From IMG/VR virus record IMGVR_UViG_3300031857_000005, positions 1 through 64,000 of that record: 64,000 nucleotides of DNA; one strand, 5' to 3'. How positions within the stretch are numbered: the stretch's first letter is position 1; each line of letters begins with the position of its first letter. The position numbers and the translations under genes were made by a program. The notes below the pieces were generated by a model. It was not told where the DNA came from and made no database searches. It saw nothing but the letters and a program-made list of their open reading frames with translations. Shown piece after piece: positions 60,720 to 64,000 of the stretch.

Positions 60720-61058
60720 ATGAAAAAATTTATTATAACAGAAGAAGAAAAAAGTAGAATCTTGGGTATGCACAAATCATACGCATCAATGATTAACGAA
60801 CAAGTGTTAACCGATGAAGAAGTACAAAATCGTTTAGCGGTTTTATATATAATGAAAACACAAAAATTAGATAAACTAAAGTCAGAAAACTATTTAAAAA
60901 ATGAGGGTGGTTATGACAACTTTATTACAGGATTTGATGGACAAAATGAGCCTTATATGGATTGGTTAAAATCTATAGGGTTAGAAAGAGGTGATGTTTA
61001 TATTGATGGTGGTAATAGAGATCGTGTTTTAACTAAATTAAAAGAACTTGAAAAATAA
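60720..61058 (+). CDS. leader-family protein (ITEEEK.RIL.MH type)
   Basis: MKKFIITEEEKSRILGMHK...INE; TATTTAT at 60700-60706. Confidence 0.8.
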   Translation: MKKFIITEEEKSRILGMHKSYASMINEQVLTDEEVQNRLAVLYIMKTQKLDKLKSENYLKNEGGYDNFITGFDGQNEPYMDWLKSIGLERGDVYIDGGNRDRVLTKLKELEK

Positions 61059-61081
61059 ATAAAAGTCATTTTATAATTATT

Positions 61082-61107
61082 AACCCCTCCAGTTAGAGGG
61101 GTTTTTT
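61082..61107 (+). terminator. intrinsic terminator
   Basis: AACCCCTC...GAGGGGTT followed by a T run. Confidence 0.8.
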
Positions 61108-61134
61108 ATTTTTCCATATATTTATCTTTATACC

Positions 61135-61530
61135 ATGGAAGAAAATCTTAAAATAAAACAAACCCTTAAAAGGACATTTGAGAATAAGACATATGAAACT
61201 TCATTTGAAGATGAGGTTAATAGTTGGAATGGGGAAAGTGATTATGAGGAATATGTATTCAAATACTATATTGAGGTTGGGAAGGTAATTGGTAAGGGTG
61301 GTAATACCGGTGCTGGAATCAATGTGGTTATCACGGATATTCATAGAGATGGTGATGACTATTATTATGATTGGGCTGAATCTGATTATAGTGAAAACGC
61401 TTGGTATATTGATAAATTGTCGGATATCTTATATGACGAAATAATTTCTATGTATCCATTCTCCATTTATCCCACTTTCTATGGTTATGATGAATATGAG
61501 AATTTATCTGACAATCAAAAAAATATTTAA
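61135..61530 (+). CDS. acidic hypothetical protein under TATTTAT
   Basis: TATTTAT at 61119-61125. Confidence 0.7.
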   Translation: MEENLKIKQTLKRTFENKTYETSFEDEVNSWNGESDYEEYVFKYYIEVGKVIGKGGNTGAGINVVITDIHRDGDDYYYDWAESDYSENAWYIDKLSDILYDEIISMYPFSIYPTFYGYDEYENLSDNQKNI

Positions 61531-61546
61531 TTGATATTTATTTAAT

Positions 61547-61861
61547 ATGAAAAAGATTATTAAATTAACGGAATCAGATTTAACAAGAATTGTTAATCGT
61601 GTAATTAACGAGGATTATTCTTCTAATTTTAAAAGAAGGTTTAAATCAATTAATGATGAAATATTGGAGTTGATTGATAGTGCTAAGGATGAGGTTGATG
61701 AGGATGATTTTGATGACTATTATGATTATTTGGAGGGTCTTGTTTATTGGGTTGTACAAGAACTACAATCAAGATATGGAGATGATGATGATTTTTGGTA
61801 TGATGACGAGGACGAAATAATTGAGTACATTAAAGATAAGTATGATGAGTACTTGGAATAA
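61547..61861 (+). CDS. leader-family protein (LTESDL type)
   Basis: MKKIIKLTESDLTRIVNRVINE; TATTTAT at 61535-61541. Confidence 0.8.
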   Translation: MKKIIKLTESDLTRIVNRVINEDYSSNFKRRFKSINDEILELIDSAKDEVDEDDFDDYYDYLEGLVYWVVQELQSRYGDDDDFWYDDEDEIIEYIKDKYDEYLE

Positions 61862-61873
61862 ATAAAATAAGTT

Positions 61874-62413
61874 ATGAACAGAAGCTATAGTAAAATCAGG
61901 CATATACAAGAATCTAATTTAAAATTGGAAAAAAGATTCTTAAATGAACAAATAACAACGGGAACAACAACGGGAACAACAACGGGAACAACTCAAGTTG
62001 ACATTAATGAAGAACAAGGTATAACTCCTTCGTGGGAATCAAAATACACCGAATGGGCGAATAATAAATCAGGCAATCCCGAATTGGCAATGAAACTAAT
62101 GTCAAGATATTGGGATTTAAAAAATCATCCTGAAATGCCTGTTAAGTACAAAGATTTTAATAATTTAACTGACGCTAACGAACTACAAGATCTTATTGAT
62201 GAAATGGAAGAGGCGGTAATAATTAACAAACTGAATCAAGACATTACAAGAGTAAATCATTTTGGGGATTATCATGATGGTAGATATCAATCCGATTATC
62301 ATAAAAAACATGATATAAGTGTTGGTCCTGAGGCTAAAAAAGAGAGAGAAAAAAGACAAGAAGAAAGAAGACGAGAAGAAGATAGAAAATGGTTTGAAAG
62401 AATGAGACACTGA
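61874..62413 (+). CDS. leader-family protein (SKIRHIQESN type) with TTGT repeats
   Basis: MNRSYSKIRHIQESNLKLEKRFLNE; 12-bp unit ACAACGGGAACA x3 at 61955-61990. Confidence 0.75.
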   Translation: MNRSYSKIRHIQESNLKLEKRFLNEQITTGTTTGTTTGTTQVDINEEQGITPSWESKYTEWANNKSGNPELAMKLMSRYWDLKNHPEMPVKYKDFNNLTDANELQDLIDEMEEAVIINKLNQDITRVNHFGDYHDGRYQSDYHKKHDISVGPEAKKEREKRQEERRREEDRKWFERMRH

Positions 62414-62550
62414 ATATGAAATAAACATTACCCCCATTCCTAATAAGAGTGGGGTTTTTTGTTTTCTGCCTTTTATGTGTTTTTTTGTCCCGTTCCCGAC
62501 TTCGTCGGTTATTTTTTGTTTGGATGATATATTTATAAATAAAATTAATT

Positions 62551-63357
62551 ATGAAACATATTTTAAACGACATATCTTTGGAAGACAAGAAGAGAATCCT
62601 TGAACAACATGACGGTGGAAAAAAATTGGTTATTGAAAACTTTAATAAATTGGTTAATAACAAATTGGGTACCGTAAAGGTTTTGGTTGAACAAGATGAC
62701 GAGTTCTTAAAGACTGACTGGGTTCAGACAAGTTATGTAACCCCATTGTTAACCAATGGTTATTCTCAAGTTGCTGAAATAGATCTTCCTGATGGTACAT
62801 ACAAAATGGGAGGTAGTGGATATCAAATTAATATTAACGATTCCACTGATAAAGAAACTGGATATTCATTAATTGTTCAGAGTGGAATTAGAGGTGAATG
62901 GGAAGGTGATATAACAATTACATCAAAAAAACCAAGTAAAAATTATGCTGGTATATTCTTTAAAAATGTTGGATATACTGCACCTGAAAAAACTATTCAA
63001 ACAGGACAAACTCAAACTTTATCAAGTAAGGTATCAACTGAAGGACTTAAAAATGTTTCCGACTCAATGATACAATCCCCACCATTTAAAGGTTATTATA
63101 GTGGTTATGTAATTGGTGGGACTTTTAATGGTGTAAATTATGAATGGGATTTTAATGGTGTTGAGGGTATGTCAGGAGTTAGAGGTATGGTTGATGGACA
63201 GATTATTTGTGATAATAATACTGGTTTAAATAAACAAACAAAAAAGGAAATCACAGATGCTATTAACCCAGGATTTTGGCTTGGTTTTTATAGTTCACAA
63301 TCAAAATTTGTGTGTTATATGACAACAAATAATACCCCTAAAGTGGTGACATTTTAA
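62551..63357 (+). CDS. leader-family protein (EDKKRILEQH type)
   Basis: MKHILNDISLEDKKRILEQH...VLVE; TATTTAT at 62530-62536. Confidence 0.8.
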   Translation: MKHILNDISLEDKKRILEQHDGGKKLVIENFNKLVNNKLGTVKVLVEQDDEFLKTDWVQTSYVTPLLTNGYSQVAEIDLPDGTYKMGGSGYQININDSTDKETGYSLIVQSGIRGEWEGDITITSKKPSKNYAGIFFKNVGYTAPEKTIQTGQTQTLSSKVSTEGLKNVSDSMIQSPPFKGYYSGYVIGGTFNGVNYEWDFNGVEGMSGVRGMVDGQIICDNNTGLNKQTKKEITDAINPGFWLGFYSSQSKFVCYMTTNNTPKVVTF

Positions 63358-63379
63358 ATAAATAAATAAAAACAAAAAA

Positions 63380-63700
63380 ATGAAAAAAGTAATTAGATTA
63401 ACCGAATCAGATTTAGTCCGAATAGTTAGAAGAGTAATTAAAGAAGGGGTAACCGTAGTAAACCCTTGGTCGGATATTGAAAGTGTCGATAAAGGAGATA
63501 CTATGAAAGTAACTTCTAAAGATGGTGCCATTGATCATTTTAAGAATGGAAAAAGATGGACTGGATATATTGGATACAATATTATACAAAATCCAAGACA
63601 GGTACAACTTGATCAATCAGGTGCTATGAATGTTGTTTCATTTGACCCAACAAGAAAAACCGTAACATTCCAAAACGGAGTTGTAATTGGACCGGCATAA
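63380..63700 (+). CDS. leader-family protein (LTESDL type)
   Basis: MKKVIRLTESDLVRIVRRVIKE. Confidence 0.8.
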   Translation: MKKVIRLTESDLVRIVRRVIKEGVTVVNPWSDIESVDKGDTMKVTSKDGAIDHFKNGKRWTGYIGYNIIQNPRQVQLDQSGAMNVVSFDPTRKTVTFQNGVVIGPA

Positions 63701-63718
63701 TAATACAAAAATAATTTT

Positions 63719-63747
63719 AAAACCCCACCTCATCCGTGGGGTTTTTT
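63719..63747 (+). terminator. intrinsic terminator
   Basis: AAAACCCCAC...GTGGGGTTTT followed by a T run. Confidence 0.8.
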
Positions 63748-63769
63748 GTTTTCAATATATTTATCTAAT

Positions 63770-64000
63770 ATGAAAATACAAAACGATGCAATACTATGGT
63801 TTAGGAGACGAATAAATGATCCTGAAATAATGGATGTTCTTAAAGATATTGTTGAGGAGGGGTATGAATATGTTAATCCCTGTGATTATAAGAACAATTT
63901 TAAATCTTATTTAAATGACATTGTTTATGGTTCCGTTCAGACATTCATAAATTCATATGATGAATTGTATAAAACAAAAAGTGATATGAGGGTTCTTGAG
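63770..64000 (+). CDS. partial RRR-module protein, runs off the window
   Basis: MKIQNDAILWFRRRINDPE...NPCDY; TATTTAT at 63758-63764. Confidence 0.7.
   Translation, partial: MKIQNDAILWFRRRINDPEIMDVLKDIVEEGYEYVNPCDYKNNFKSYLNDIVYGSVQTFINSYDELYKTKSDMRVLE

Noticed and set aside
990-63616. Numerous antisense or alternative-frame ORFs inside real genes (for example 990-1349, 2824-3129, 18885-19514, 31508-31882, 50991-51311)
   Set aside because: They are shadows of well-supported genes, with hydrophobic-biased composition expected from the reverse strand of AT-rich coding DNA.
3565-63764. TATTTATA as T4 late promoters (TATAAATA) firing on the opposite strand
   Set aside because: The motif keeps the orientation of the downstream gene on both strands at a short, consistent distance; antisense use would have no genes to drive.
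1-64000. cas genes, reverse transcriptase or DGR, integrase or transposase to explain the repeats
   Set aside because: No ORF in the track shows Cas1/Cas2, HEPN pair, YxDD or recombinase motifs, and none is long enough for Cas13b or Cas9; any such gene would lie outside the window or in the host.
1-64000. Stop-codon reassignment as in some huge phages
   Set aside because: Conserved enzymes (GS, ThyA, RNA ligase, nitroreductase) are full length under the standard code, and TAG and TGA both end genes.
1-64000. tRNA or rRNA genes
   Set aside because: No cloverleaf with GGTTCGA-type T loop recognised by eye; a tRNAscan run would be needed to exclude divergent ones.

Overview
An AT-rich (roughly 30% GC by eye), gene-dense 64 kb segment that reads as the accessory region of a large dsDNA (jumbo-type) bacteriophage, most likely infecting Bacteroidota. 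No capsid, terminase, polymerase, cas, tRNA or rRNA gene was recognised. Recognisable genes include type II glutamine synthetase, an orphan DNA methyltransferase, SLT and RlpA lytic transglycosylases, a DHH phosphoesterase, a Nudix hydrolase, a NucA-type nuclease, metallophosphoesterases, a DRB0094-type RNA ligase, several HAD phosphatases, an SPFH protein, thyA, a nitroreductase and an HNH nuclease. Two promoter classes separate the genes: a Bacteroidota-type TTTG-N(18-20)-TAnnTTTG element, usually 4-5 nt before the start codon, and a TATTTAT motif before a family of about 40 ORFs that share short N-terminal leaders ending in (I/L)-x-E but carry variable cargo. The most unusual features are (1) a 36-nt-repeat/30-nt-spacer CRISPR-like array resembling type VI-B repeats, read in frame as the C-terminus of an ORF (34123-34623); (2) the leader-plus-cargo gene system, which resembles capsid-targeting leaders of injected internal proteins; (3) a 4.5 kb zone almost free of the GC dinucleotide with repeated motifs and a probable small RNA (56.2-60.8 kb). 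All calls are by eye from the sequence and ORF track; no searches were run.
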